A DNA stretch of 63,940 nt, counting the filler, from Octopus bimaculoides (lineage: Eukaryota): assembly GCF_001194135.2 (NCBI RefSeq). It is 6 parts of 6 records of this genome, joined end to end, with 100 filler letters (N's around TTAATTAATTAA, not from the genome) between each part and the next. Parts side by side here need not be neighbours in the genome. Positions count along the whole stretch, not along the records: positions 41,917 to 59,358 come from NC_069000.1; 5 more parts are not named here. The stretch is one strand, 5' to 3'. The position numbers and the translations under genes are program-made. Shown one piece after another: positions 42,228-56,296 of the stretch (its first letter is position 1; every line of letters starts with the position of its first letter). The notes beneath the pieces are model-generated. The model did no database searches, had not been told where the DNA came from, and was given only the letters and a program-made list of their open reading frames with translations.

Positions 42228-45200
42228 GTGGGGGGAAGGCAAAATGAGTAATCTCTGATTTCTTGTTATTTTTCTCCCTACCTGTTTGATATCGTTACAT
42301 TGCAAGTATTGCATCATCTTTAGGAGTAGACATTGATCAGGTGGCAGGCACTTCTTTTTTAAGAAATTTCCTCAACTTTGACCCAGTTATAATTGAGATT
42401 GCTAATAAAATATCTGAATAATTTTTGGTGTTTAACAATCGATATTCCTTCCTCTGTTGGATTCCAAGTCCTGTCTAATTTGATAATTTTCAAGTTTCAA
42501 AAACTGTCTAAAATGGGGGTAAAATGAGTAATGTCTAATTTTAATAATTTCTTCTCTTTAACTGTGTGGTGTGTAAATATGTCATGAGGAGAAATACTCC
42601 AGCAGATCAGGAAGAAACTATAGATAATATTTTATGTTGATTTATTTTGTTTATTTAGTAGAGTTTCATTAATTTCATATTGTGTGCTATATTTCCTCTG
42701 ATCCTCTTTCATTTAATGTAGATATTAAATTTTTTTTTTTGCATTTCTGATCTTTCTGATATCTGGAATAGATATTTGTAAAGGTAGTGTTATGTTAGAG
42801 GTGAAGATGAAGATGTTGACTCCAAGAAAGAAAGACAGTCGCTGGAGTTGTAGATTCTCACAATAACATGCACCCACTGCACTCTGTAAGCGTGGTCAGT
42901 GAGTGGAGACTGTAAAAGTGAGAGTACTCTTTAGTTTTGCCAAGAACATCATAACCTTTCTTGTTGGTTCTACAATAAAATGCCTCCGGCAAAACTCTGT
43001 ATACTGGCTGGTAATATGAAGGAATCCATCTGCAAAACCCATGCCAAAATGTACAAGCGAGACGTAGTTCTTTGATAAGTCTAGCTAGGGTAGTAACTCT
43101 CAATAAGAATTGACTTAGACTGTGACATGCCATCTTACCTATGCTATCACAAAAGGTATATGTAAAAATGATTATGACACCAATAATGATGATACCGCTG
43201 GACAGAATGTCCAAGAAGAAAATTTTTCTCAAAGCGTTTTATCAGCAAGCCTTTAACAATGATATAGAAACCAAACCAGTGACTGCTGTCACTGCAGAGA
43301 AAATAGCTGAATAATGTTATAATGTTTTTAATACATTTACAGAAAGTCATTTGTTTAGCTGATATAGTTTAAGGTAATGAACATTTTTAAAAATACCGTT
43401 TATACCATACACACACACACACACACACACACACAATGAGTGTATGAGGTTGTTTGCAGTCGCAAGGTTCTGGTTTATGTCATACAATGCAGGACATTGG
43501 TAAAGTGCTTTTATTAAAGTTTTGAGTCATTGTGTCAACCACTTGTGCATAAAATTGGATACCTTGAAACTATGTGAAAGCCTATCCTTTATCGATTCCA
43601 TATTTTATGAATTTTGTCAGGAAGTAAAATTTGTCCCCATGATCTTTGAAGGCCATTCAAGATATATCAGATGTTGTTGTTTTTGTTTAATTCCAGGTCA
43701 ACTCTCATTGACTGAATTTATAATCAGTATTCTAGTCATGACTATCCCCTTTTTGTTTTCCTTTCATTCTCTCTTTACTTGGTCACTTTCTTTTCACTTC
43801 CTTTCTTTTCTTTTAATCTCTTTTCCTTTTCCATTTATTATTACTGTATTTTTATTTGTTTGCTTATTTTGATCCAAACTATAACTTTTAATCATTTATT
43901 TCTTTGATGTTAAGTGCATGTGAAATAAATCATCTCTACTTGCATGACATGCCATCAGTAGTATGGCTAGGAACACTGATAGATGTGAAGTTAGACAAAT
44001 TAACTTCTCAGGGAGACACAAAACAACAAAGCACTCACAATGAGAACTAAACTCAGAACTCTTAAACTAATTGGTCAACTTTCAACATCTGGTGGCTCAT
44101 GTACTTGTAAAACCAGCTGACAACTGCTACCTCTACGATCAGCTAGAACTATAAGCTGCGAAGAACATCTGAGGAGAATGATATTTCCTAACGAATGCAT
44201 TTATCCAGAATGTGAGGATGGTATACACATGCACACACACACACACACACACATGCACACACACACACACACATGCATGCACACATAGGGTGTAAGACCA
44301 ACCTTCAATGAAAATGTGTACGGGGGAACTAATAATTATAGGATTAGCAATTGTAACTTTCAAATGAACACTCCCTTCTCTTCACCATCACTACCACCAC
44401 CGCCGCCACCACCACCACCACCACCACCACTACTACTGTATGCTTTTGCTTTATAAGCTATTGGTGAAGGAATTTCAATGCTCATGATCTATACATGCCC
44501 TAACTTCTTTACTAGTGCATTTGAGGCGGCTGGTATCCAGCCCAAACATCTACGGTGAAAACAGGGTCATGGAGAGAATGGAAAGGGGTTTGGTCAGTAT
44601 GCTCGAAGCAGAACAATACCCAGCAAAGGCATTGAAGAGCCAGATACTAGTACTGACCCAGATGGTTTGTTACACCCACCACTCATAACAAATATGCATT
44701 TAGTCTTAAAGTCAGTCTTATCAATTGTTTTTCTATGTAATTATGTTGAAGATAAGAGTTACTTCAGGTATGGTAAACATATGCCAGATATGACAAACAA
44801 CTGGGACACCCTGTAACAAATTGCAACACACTTTTAATATACATCTGAAAGGTACTATAACAGGAAAGCAAATAAAAAGAAATGTGTCAAGGATACTTTA
44901 AAAAGAAGAAAGAGTACATAAAGGGTCTATAACTTAGATAAAATATTTAGAAATCAGAGATAATAGAATTAGATCAAGGATATAATTCATTGTTTTTAGT
45001 TGGTCACCTAATGAAGGTTTTATGCTCATAATGGGAAGATTAAATTGGAAAGTATCAATAAAATCTAATACATTAAAGGAGAACTAAATGACAAAATAAC
45101 AACTGGCATATTTAATGCAGTTGGTTTTTTTGGTATCTTCCAGATCTCCAAATTTACATTCAAAATCCACTGATGTATGTTTGAAGAGCTTCATGGATTG

Positions 45201-47249
45201 CTCTATATAGCCTTGGATCGCAGTGGTTATACAGTGCAACAGAAAGCACTTTCTGACATAATGGATGCAGGTTGACCACTGTTTTGTTGTGCCCTGATCT
45301 CAACCTGTTTGCCTATGTCTACTGTCTTCTGGTTAGACAAAGCATTAAATATATCAACCAGGAATAATTACTGAAAAACAATACTAGTGATTGACTAATA
45401 TTATTTTAAGTATTTTATGAAAAATGGGAGACAGCTTTGGACATGTTTTGCTCATATTAGAATTTCTCAGTTCTAATATGAACATTTGTTGGTGTAGAAA
45501 CAGAAATATTAAAAGAAAAAATACTCTTAGACATTATCTGCATCAAAGAACAATAGTTAAATTATTGTTAACATATTTAACATTAAATATATTAACTAGA
45601 TATGACTATGTGGTGAGAATAAAACAACATTAGCTATTAATTAATATTATTTTAAGATTCATTAAGATAGCTCTAACTACTCAATCCAACTTAATCAAAT
45701 ACACAGACAAACTTTAACACACCTTGTTAATTTACACATTACTGAAGTAGATGTTACTTAAGAAAAATCTCCATAATGACGTAAATACTCCAACACCCTC
45801 CAAAACTAATAAAGTATTAACCTTCCATATCCACCTTAAATTATACAACAGACTTCAAGTCCTTACTTAAAACAATTAGTAGCATCAACAGTCCTAGCAA
45901 TAGTCACATTGTCAACTGCAAAAGATATTCTTACTGTTAAGCAACAGAATAAATGACCTCCTAAAGATTAATCTTTAAACCACACCTCAATATATGGCCA
46001 TTACATCCTAAAGATCCATAAATATGTTCGAATCCCACCACAATATATGATACTATCACCTAACATCTTAAGGACATATACACACTTATTTACACTACTA
46101 TATATAGCCACCTAACATTCTCAGGACACTTGTACATCTAACTACACTGCAATATGTCACCATTTGACATATTTATGACGCATATAGATGGCCTTAACCT
46201 CTGGGTCTGGAGGTGCCTTATGGTAAGCTGGTATAAAGCTAATCATTGCCCTACCTTTTATGATTTGGCTAAATCTTTTAGTTTAACAAAATCCTAGTTT
46301 ATTAAAAAAATATGATTTGATAGAATCAAGACTTCTTTTGTAAAACTACTCTGAAACCTTCTGATGGAGACAGGTTGAACTTGTATGATGCAAGTTAAAA
46401 TGTATCATTTGCCAACTCTTCATCACATTGACCAAATGTATCATTATGTGGGGCATTACTAATAACTCTTTACAATGGGAACATAAAATCTAAACTATAT
46501 AAACAACAACTGTCCCAGAAAGAACAAAATTCAAGATTATAATTGACAGTTATTATTTTAAACCTGCTGATCTGGTTGCTATCTTTCACTGTCATTCATG
46601 CATTTATCTGAAAACTGTTTTTAAAAAATGTTCACATATTAATATATAATATAACATTCAATAACAAGGTTCTTTGATGAAATGTAGTTTAAAGAGACTT
46701 AGATATATTCTGATTGGTTAACTCAGTTCAAGGATGTTAATTATCACGACTTGTTTGCAATTAACAGAATTTGATGTTACATAATTGAAAAAGAATGAGA
46801 TAGTAATAAAATTAACACTAAATCAATGTGCTGTTAATATCATGAATCTTATACAACTTCATGCAATTTAATTTTTTTTCTATTTATCTCTTCTTCATCT
46901 TGACAGAAGGACATGAACATGACACATTGAAAGCTTTTATCTGAAACAAAATAAATAAATAAAGAAGGTTTTTGGAAAACTCAACTGCTGTGAGGAGAGA
47001 ATGATATAAAGTTGGGGTTGAGGTGGGGCTTGGCTGTTATTTAAGCAAAGAAGGGGGAGAAAGTGTTGCTGTCTTTTTGGCTGAAGGCAAATGAATAAAA
47101 GAAATATATTTAACATTAAATTTGCAATGATATAATTTAGAGATTGCTATCAAGTCAGGACATGAAATAATATATTTATCATGAACGCACTGAGACTGGC
47201 ATCTTCTGCAATTATTATTATTATTATTACTATAATTATTATGATTAGT

Positions 47250-47430
47250 TGGACAAATGCCTGGCAGCATATGTTCCAGCCTTTTATATTCTGAATTCCA
47301 AATCCTGCCAAGGTCAACTTTACCTTTCATCCTTCCAGCATCAATAAAACAAAATACCAATCAAGTACTGGAGTTGTTCTAATTAATTAACCCATACCCT
47401 TCAATTTGTATCCTTGTGCCTATATTAGAC
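47250..47430 (+). mobile_element. Old, CpG-decayed SINE family A copy
   Basis: ctgccaaggtcaactttacctttcatcc versus ccgccgaggtcgactttgcctttcatcc in the intact copies. Confidence 0.75.
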
Positions 47431-48747
47431 ATTGTCATTGTTGTTATTATTGTTATTATTTGAAAGCAATGCTCCAGTATGACCACAATCCAATAACCAA
47501 AACTAATAAAAGAATAATCTCTCTAGTTTGACCACTCATAATAATGATTCTCAATTGGGGTCTGCATGACCACTGAGGGTTAATACAAGATTTTATTGCT
47601 AAAGTTTATGTATAATAAATTGGTTATACTTCTACAATAAACAAAATACTTTAATATTTTTTATGCAATTCCCAATAATATTTAATCATAAAAATATAAT
47701 TGGGATTTTTTTAAAACATTGAATGGCTATGAGGGTCCATCCAAGTAAAATAGGGAATCAAAGGGGTCCATAGACAAAACATGGCTGAGAACCACTGCTC
47801 TAGTTTGACCACTCATCAAGATATATTTGCTATTGTGATTGTTAAATCAAACGATTCTTCTGCAGACATAAAAATAGCAAAAGAATGAAGCGTATATGAA
47901 GGTATGTGTAGGTGTATGTGTTATACAGAAATAAAGCCAACTTATTTTTAATAAGTGTATACCAGCAGCTTTTGTCTAGCCAGGATATCATAAGGAAATA
48001 GATATGAAGATGAAAGCGAAGGTAATGAGAATGTGATGCCTGTGGAGTATATAGATGGAGTTGACCGGATGTTTCTGGCAGGAATAGTATTATCAATAAT
48101 AATAATAACATTGATGATGATAATAAAAAATAATGATGATAATAATAATAATAATTATTATTATTATTAGTATTGTAGCAATGATAATGAATTTTCTTCT
48201 TCTTCTTCTTATTATTATTATTATTGTAGCAATAATAATGGGTCTTATTATTATGGCAATAATAATAAATATTATCACTGTTATTATTATAACAATGATA
48301 ATTATCATACTAAAATTATTTTAATAATATTGATAATGAAAATAATAATGATTATTATAGAAACGATGATGCTAATGATGATTTATAATAATAATTATGA
48401 TGATGTTGATGATGATAATAATAATAATAATACTAGTAATAAATGCCCTGATGCAATACCAGGCAGTGGCTCTCATGGCTTCTGATCTTAGCTGATTGGA
48501 AGTGTTATCATGTATATGTTTTGTCTTGGTATAAAAGATGGGTTACAGTAAATATTCTGCTCAATACCACAGATCTGCATGTCAGTTTCTGGACCATAAC
48601 CAGTTGAGCATATCCCTTAGTGGCTGATGATATGTGCATCTCTGATCACGAGCAGAAGTAGTGGGGGCTCATCATAGCCATGTGTTGAGAGAAATTCTTT
48701 GTGGTTTGAATAATTCACCTCTGGAAACATGGGTGGGATCTATTCAG

Positions 48748-50785
48748 TTTGGCTGCCAGCATCAATTTTGTTTGAATTGATTTCATATTCAGTGAAATGA
48801 TACACATTTATAGGCTAATAAATTACATGAAAATCATTTTCGCTATAAATCAATAAATAAAGAGTTATTAGCAATTAAAGTTTGAAAATTTTGGGTAATA
48901 TTAGCCAATCATGAGCCACAGACACATTCATGCCTGTTTTCATAGTATAATAACAAGCGCAACGTGAGATCTCTTTTGTCTATGAGAAAGCATATGCCTG
49001 TTTCCATAAGAACAAGCAGAACTGAGAACTCTTTTGTCTGCGAGAAAGCACATGTTGACAAATATATTGAAATCACTTTTTGATGCTGTGTTCTGTTGGA
49101 AATTTTACTGTTTGATTATGGCAACAAGTTCCAGTAACCTCGCTTCTATGATAGCAACACTAAGAACAGAGAAGGATACAATGTTGTACCTACAAGAAAA
49201 GGGTATTATACCCAAAAGAAAAATATGTAAAAGGAAGAAGCATGTTACGTGTACAAAAAGACATGGTGGGAATGTGTACTGGTGATGCTCGCACTATGAA
49301 TGCATGGAGTTTGTGTTAGTGAGGAAAGATACATGGTTTGAAGGTAGAACCCTTCCACTTAGGACTGTAGTGCTTGGGTTAAGGAATTGACTTCAGTCTA
49401 GTTTTGTGTTGAAGAACTGGGGATGAACCATAGCACAGCTGTTGATTATAATAGCTGTTTTAGGGAAATATGTGCGGAGGACTTGCTCTGTCATCCAATT
49501 CAAGTTGGTGGTCCAAGGAAGATTGTTGAGATCAACGAAACAGTCTTCTCAATACATAGGTACAAACAAGGAAGGGTCCTACCTGAGCAGTGAGTTTTCG
49601 GAGGAGTGTGTTGCAAGACAAGACAGGTTTTTCTGTATGTGGTGCCATGGAAGAATGCATACATCACTCGATTCTTCCAGGAACCACAATTTTCAGCGAT
49701 TTGTGGAAGGCACACTCTCACATTCCTGAAATTGATGGTTACAGTTTTGAGCATAGAACAGTGAACCACAGCATTGGGTTTGTTAACCTGAAAGATGGTA
49801 CCCACACTCAACAAGTGGAGAGTACATGGGCATCTGTGAAGTGAGGTAATAAATAACACTGTGGCACTCACTGTTCTATAGTAAATTCATATCTCTGTGA
49901 ATTTATGTGGCGCAAGAGGTATGAAAATTATGTTTTGTTCAAGAAATTGATTGAATGTATTTCTAACTTTCATTTTTAATTTTTTAAATATTTTGTAATG
50001 TGTTGCTTATTGCATGCTTAAATGTTTGTTTTTTAAGCATATAATTTCAGTCTTTTATTTTCATATATAACATATAAACATGTACATCTTCTGGAACATT
50101 GTCATTTTATGAGATTTTGCTGGCAAATTTTAAAATTAACAAACATTTATTTACATGAAAGAAAATTACCAGAGAACTTTCGTCTAATTCTTCCAAATCT
50201 TTCTCTTAAAACTGTATTAAAACCATTTTTGGGGAAAAATTGTAATGTGTTTATCACATGTAATGTGTTGCTTATCACATTTGCATTAAATGCATATTGA
50301 AGGCTTAAATGTTTGTTTTTTAAGCATATTTAAATTGTAATGTGTTTATTGCATGTAATGTGTTGCTTATCACATTTGCATTAAAAGCATATTGAAATCT
50401 TAAAACTACAAAATGTGTTGTTCACTCGTTTCTTTTTGTCACTGAGGTGGTTGTGAGGTGTGCTAAAAATAACAGCTGAATAACATTTTGGGATAAATCT
50501 TTTAAGTTCGTGCTATCGCAATGCTTAAAACTACAAAAGACGTATTGTTTACTCTTTCTTGACAATATGTGCTATTTTCAGGATGTTGACAAAATCTGCA
50601 GTCATGCACAAATCCTGTTTCCTGACTGGGCAAAAATGATCAAATTTTAAACCTCTATAATTTTTTAAAAACATTTTTCAGGAAAAAGTGAAATAACTCC
50701 AGCAATTCAGCTTGGTAAAGTATATTAATGTGCCAAATAAAAAAAATCTTGATAAACTTTGATTTTTGAAATGTTGGCAACCAAA
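48748..50785 (+). mobile_element. Decayed Merlin-superfamily (IS1595/IS1016-related DDE) transposon; ends tentative
   Basis: Frame-shifted transposase at about 49118-49930: VRKDTWFEG, STAVDYNSCFREIC, QVGGPRKIVEINETVF..YKQGRVLPEQ*VFGGVC, ILPGTTIFSDLWKAH..HRTVNHSIGFVNLKDGTHTQQVESTW..SYLCEFMWRKRY. Possible TIR remnant tttggctgccagcat (48748-48762) / atgttggcaaccaaa (50771-50785), 13 of 15 bases matching. Confidence 0.85.
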
Positions 50786-51066
50786 TCACTCATCTTTTAG
50801 TGAATTAATTGGAGAGCAATACTTTGTTACTCAGACCTTTCTTTCTGAAGTTCATAAGGACCTAAGTCACACTGGCATCAAAAGGGTGGCGCTATCAGAA
50901 AGGGTAACACCAGAAGTGGATTTTATAGAAAAAGGGATATTCATAAAAAGTACATCTATTCCATTACTATATTTCATGTACCAATAAAATTTAGTTTGAC
51001 TTTTAAAAATTTTTTTTAATTTTCACTGAATGTTTGCTTTAATCACATGAAACTATGCAAATATAA

Positions 51067-51298
51067 GGCAGCAAGCTGGCAGAATCGTTAGCACGCCAGG
51101 TGAAATGCTTTGCCATATTTCGTCTGCTGTTACGTTCTGAGTTCAAATTCCGCTGAGGTCGACTTTGCCTTTCATGCTTTCGGGGTCGATAAATTAAGTA
51201 CCAGTTACACACTGAGATCGATGTAATCGACTTAATCCGTTTGTCTGTTCTTGTTTGTCCCCTCTATGTTTAGCCCCTTGTGGACAATAAAGAAATAA
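51067..51298 (+). mobile_element. Young SINE family A copy with 18-bp TSD
   Basis: TSD gaaactatgcaaatataa at 51049-51066 and 51299-51316; near-identical to the 56297 copy. Confidence 0.93.
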
Positions 51299-51586
51299 GA
51301 AACTATGCAAATATAAATACAGTAATGTTGGTTATGAGATATTGTAATTTAAATATGTAATTTCAACTTCACAGGATGTTTATGTCACTGCTGTTGCCAT
51401 TAGATTTAATGATATACAGAAATTGCAATTTCCTAGTAACAATAGTACGAAAAAGTTTTGCAAAGAATTCTGCATGATCTAGTAGAGGAGGCCCATGGGT
51501 GACACCAATCCTAGGGATGTCATTGCTTAACAAGAGAAGAAAAGTCTTGTCTTCGATCCTCATCCACCAAATGACCTCTTTCACCA

Positions 51587-51990
51587 TACTCTTTTACTTT
51601 ACTTGTTTCAGTCATTTGACTGCGGCCATGCTAGAGCACCACCTTTAGTCGAGAAAATCAACCCCATGACTTATTCTTTGTAAGCCTAGTAATTATTCTA
51701 TTGGTCTCTTTTTGCCGAACTGCTAAGTTATGGGGATGTAAACACACCAGCATCGGTTGTCAAGCGATGGTGGGGGGGACAAACACAGACACAAACACAC
51801 ATACATATACACATATATATACATATATACGATGGGCTTCTTTCAGTTTCCGTCTACCAAATCCACTCACAAGGCTTTGGTCGGCCCGAAGCTATAGTAG
51901 AAGACACTTGCCCAAGGTGCCACGCAGTAGGACTGAACCCGGAACCATGTGGTTGATAAGTAAGCTAATTACCACACAGCCACTCCTGTA
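51587..51990 (-). mobile_element. Full-length SINE family C with internal (CA/TA) tract
   Basis: Head caggagtggctgtgtggtaa..ggttcagtcc on the minus strand; tail gaaacaagtaaagtaaaagagta. Fragments of the same element occur at several other sites in the window. Confidence 0.9.
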
Positions 51991-52019
51991 CCATAATGAC
52001 TAGACAGAGGAAAACTTCC

Positions 52020-53730
52020 AGCCTTCCCTTGCTAAAGTAAGACTCAATCTTTATAATGGACTTGACTGAAGCAAAATAACTAGTGAGGAGTAAAAATGGA
52101 AACAATCTATAATAAGTGCTTTAGCAATGATTTACAAACTGTTGGAGGAGGAAGCAATATTAATTCTCCAAAACAAAAATACCAACGACCAATATAGACT
52201 TATAATATGTTTGCAAGTGACATACAAAATCAAGCCCTTCCAACTATACTCAACTGAATGAAAGAAAAAAATGGATGCTGAAAAGATGCATGGCTGTAAA
52301 GAATAACTATTAGTGAACCACATGGTTACAGAAGGTAGTAAAAATAGGAAAACAAAATAGCTTTAGTTTATGACTAAAAGACTTTTGATAGTATCACACT
52401 CTTTGATAAAGAAGACACTTTGCATAAATATAGCAGCTTTATACTAACATTATACTTCAATCAATAATAATGTCAAAATGGAAAACAACCATATTGCTGC
52501 AAGGCAAAGAGAAAATAATTAAAACCAGCCCAATATCGATAAGAAAAGGAATGAGCTGCCATACTCTTCTGCTTAGTTGTGATTTTATGGTCATACATGC
52601 TATGGAGAAACTACAAGCCGTCTTCCAGTGATACAGAGTGACTTTTAGTTAACTTCTACAGTAACCAAATTGACTGCCACCTTCATTAAATGCAACATAC
52701 CTCCAACTACAGCAAACACGCAAACATAAAGTAGCTGTCCTTTTATACAGTATTAAAACAATGGCTAAAAATTTTCTGAAGCAGCACCCCGACTAATTTT
52801 ATCTATGAGCTGCCACTGGTGGGACTAGAAAAAACTTAGAAGCAAGCAAAAGGAAATAGCATATTTTCAGGAAATTAGAATATTGAAGAAAATTAAACTT
52901 TTCTCTCAATAATAGGGAAGAATAAAATTCAAACTGGAAACTTACCAAGTGAAAGAAAAAGCTTTTGATAAAAGCAAAATAACAGGGTAAGTTTAAGATT
53001 AGGCAAAAAACAAAATCAGAAAATAATTCCTAAAGATATTTAGATGAAAGTGGGAAAAAAAAACATTAATCAATCATTGTGAAAGCTAACAATGGCTCAA
53101 AAAGCTTTGGGCTAAAAGTAGAAACAGAAGGTCTTACTTTAGTTGCACAGTCACAAATAATTACAAATTAAAATAATGAAACAAGATATTGGCTATGCGG
53201 CCTGTGTAATGAGACAATTGACCACATTATTTCCCACTACTTAGTACATCTCAAATGTAAGTATATTCACAGACATGTTTGAGTTGGCAGCTGTGTTCAC
53301 TGGGTAATATGCCAACAATTTGCCATGGAAACTAATAAGAAGCAGTATAAACCTATAACAATGATCTGGCCACAATCATCATTAGGAACATGTCTATCCA
53401 AACTGACAAGTAGATCAAGGCAAACTATCCATATATGTATTAATAAAGGACTGAACAAAATGTCTATACTCTGAGACATTTTGATCCCTCCTGACTAAAA
53501 CATTACTTGGAAGAATATGGCAAAACTGTCAAGTACAAGGACCTTCATTGAATTGAAATAAGTAGGAAGTGGAGCATGAAAATGATAACACTAATAATAA
53601 CTGGAGCACTTCGATATAAATAATATAAACAAAACTATCAAAATATATCAGAGGTCACAATGTTGCACAATCCAAAAGTAATCCTGTCAGGTACAGCTCA
53701 CCTCTTACACAAGACACTTTCAATTCAACA
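52020..53730 (+). mobile_element. Heavily decayed R4/Dong-like LINE (RT start, CCHC knuckle, REL endonuclease)
   Basis: YRLIICLQVTYK (about 52195); GLKVETEGL; CGLCNETIDHII..YIHRH..VHWVIC (about 53190-53315); TDK.IKAN; KYKDL..EI.RKW; LIITGAL; KVILSGTAHLLHKTLS (about 53680-53720). Confidence 0.75.
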
Positions 53731-53755
53731 ACTCAAAAAGTATATTCTCTGCACA

Positions 53756-53935
53756 CAACACACCCCATACAATCTACCCAATTAATTAAAGGAACTCAAA
53801 CAACACACCCTTTACATTCTGCCCAATTAACTAAAGAAGATCAAACAAGACACCCAATACAGCTTGCCCAATTAATTAACAGAACTCCCACAACTTACCC
53901 TATACAATCTGTCCAATTAATTAAAGGAACTCAAA
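53756..53935. repeat. Four-copy 45-bp minisatellite
   Basis: Units at 53756, 53801, 53846 and 53891; consensus about caacacaccc.atacaatctgcccaattaattaaaggaactcaaa. Confidence 0.9.
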
Positions 53936-54309
53936 CAAAACATACTTTGCAGAATCACCAACAACCAATATTAGAAGAAAAGAATTCCTGAAACTTGAAC
54001 TCTTGAACCACACCCCAATCCTACATAGACAAAACATTTATAAGAGAATGACTCAAAAGCAAAACTTCACCAAGAACTCAAATATGGGTAGAAACTGTTA
54101 AACCACACCCGGAATTTTTTCTTTCTGACTCTCAAAAAAATTCTTTCTATTATTTGATAGGATGGATACATAGAAACCGGATATATGTCATTAAGCATTC
54201 TCTAAAATATACTCCTGTGCCTTTTCCAACTTTATTTACCTTTTCAACTATAATTTTTGATTTATATGGATTCGTAACCACTTTTCAACTATATATATAT
54301 GTCCCCGTA

Positions 54310-54420
54310 AGGTAGCGTTTCGGCTAAAGACCGATAGAATAAGTACTAGGTCCTGGGGTCGATTTCTTCAACTAAAGGCGGTGCTCCAGCATGGCCGCAG
54401 TCAAGTGACTGAAACAAATA
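54310..54420 (+). mobile_element. SINE family C 3' fragment
   Basis: gaccgatagaataagtactagg..ctggggtcgat..aaaggcggtgctccagcatggccgcagtcaagtgactgaaacaa. Confidence 0.85.
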
Positions 54421-54456
54421 TAAGAATATATACATATATACACACACACACACATA

Positions 54457-54501
<45 letters not shown>

Positions 54502-56296
54502 NNNNNNNNNNNNNNNNNNNNNNNNNNNNNNNNNNNNNNNNNNNNNNNNNNNNNNNNNNNNNNNNNNNNNNNNNNNNNNNNNNNNNNNNNNNNNNNNNNN
54601 NNNNNNNNNNNNNNNNNNNNNNNNNNNNNNNNNNNNNNNNNNNNNNNNNNNNNNNNNNNNNNNNNNNNNNNNNNNNNNNNNNNNNNNNNNNNNNNNNNNN
54701 NNNNNNNNNNNNNNNNNNNNNNNNNNNNNNNNNNNNNNNNNNNNNNNNNNNNNNNNNNNNNNNNNNNNNNNNNNNNNNNNNNNNNNNNNNNNNNNNNNNN
54801 NNNNNNNNNNNNNNNNNNNNNNNNNNNNNNNNNNNNNNNNNNNNNNNNNNNNNNNNNNNNNNNNNNNNNNNNNNNNNNNNNNNNNNNNNNNNNNNNNNNN
54901 NNNNNNNNNNNNNNNNNNNNNNNNNNNNNNNNNNNNNNNNNNNNNNNNNNNNNNNNNNNNNNNNNNNNNNNNNNNNNNNNNNNNNNNNNNNNNNNNNNNN
55001 NNNNNNNNNNNNNNNNNNNNNNNNNNNNNNNNNNNNNNNNNNNNNNNNNNNNNNNNNNNNNNNNNNNNNNNNNNNNNNNNNNNNNNNNNNNNNNNNNNNN
55101 NNNNNNNNNNNNNNNNNNNNNNNNNNNNNNNNNNNNNNNNNNNNNNNNNNTATATATATATATATATATACATACATATATATATACATATATACATATA
55201 TATAAGCAGTTTCTTTTTACATCGTACCAACACCCACAAGATTAGGATCACTCAGTTGAACATACAGAAAATTGCACAACATTATGTAGAGTATTCTCAA
55301 TGCAACAGAAGTGACAAAATCTCAACAAAACATTGCATGTATCCAAGGCTGACAGAGCTGTCCTCACAAAATAAGGCAAATGATAATAATAATATCTTTA
55401 TTACATGAGGAGGTGATGAATAATAAATACTTATTTGTAACCTGTTATAATGATTTCTAACATTATAATTATAGTGATGGAAAAGAAGGAAATGTGGTGG
55501 CTGGGAAAGGGAAAAAAAATATATAAAATTAAAATGAAGGTTAGGATGAAATTTAAAATAAAATTAAATAAAATATAGAAAACAAAAAAAAATGTGAAAA
55601 AAAAAAATTAACAAACATCAAAACTAAAGTTAGGAAAATGTTAGAAAGATAAAGTTTACAGCAAATGTCTGTCTGTGGAAAGAATATAATTGACCTTCAG
55701 TTTGTCGATGTAATAGAGGTATGAGAAAAGAGAAGGCTATGTGACATAATTCCATATTGAGAATTTGCCAATAGGAACACAGGAAGTTAAAAGTGACTGG
55801 AAATGTCATGTGTAAGGCCAGACAAAATGAAATGTGGTTTTAACAGTTTACTTTTTCTACTCAGTTTATGAGAATTTAGGAATTGTTCTCACTGACTCCG
55901 TTCACCTGGTAGTAAATTAGGTTGTTGTTGTTGTTTAGCTGCAAGTTTGTCCGAAGCCAGCAGACCTGCAATCAAAGATGTTTTGGCTGTGATCATCTGA
56001 TCATCCTAACTTTTCTTTATTTTCAGATTTTTTTTTTTTTTTGCTTATTCAGAAAGAAAAAGGACAGTGCCTATGACCCTTAATTATTCCAGGCCCCCAA
56101 AACATGTGACATGAAAGGAGGAAGTTATCCTCAAACTAGAGATCTGACCTGAAACGCTTGTAAAAAAAATGAACTCTTCTAAGAGCATTCAAAATCCAAG
56201 CACTCCCTTGTTACTCTCACTATCAAGGGAACATGCAACAAATAAACTGATTGGCCTGTTTTGAAACTTGTTATTAATGACAATATTGTTCAACAA

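Noticed and set aside
42858-43350. Minus-strand ORFs with a hydrophobic stretch and apparent splice sites
   Set aside because: The putative exon bounded by ctgcag and gtaaga has stops in all three frames.
53756-53935. CRISPR-like regular repeats
   Set aside because: These are tandem units with no unique spacers, no cas genes and a eukaryotic context.
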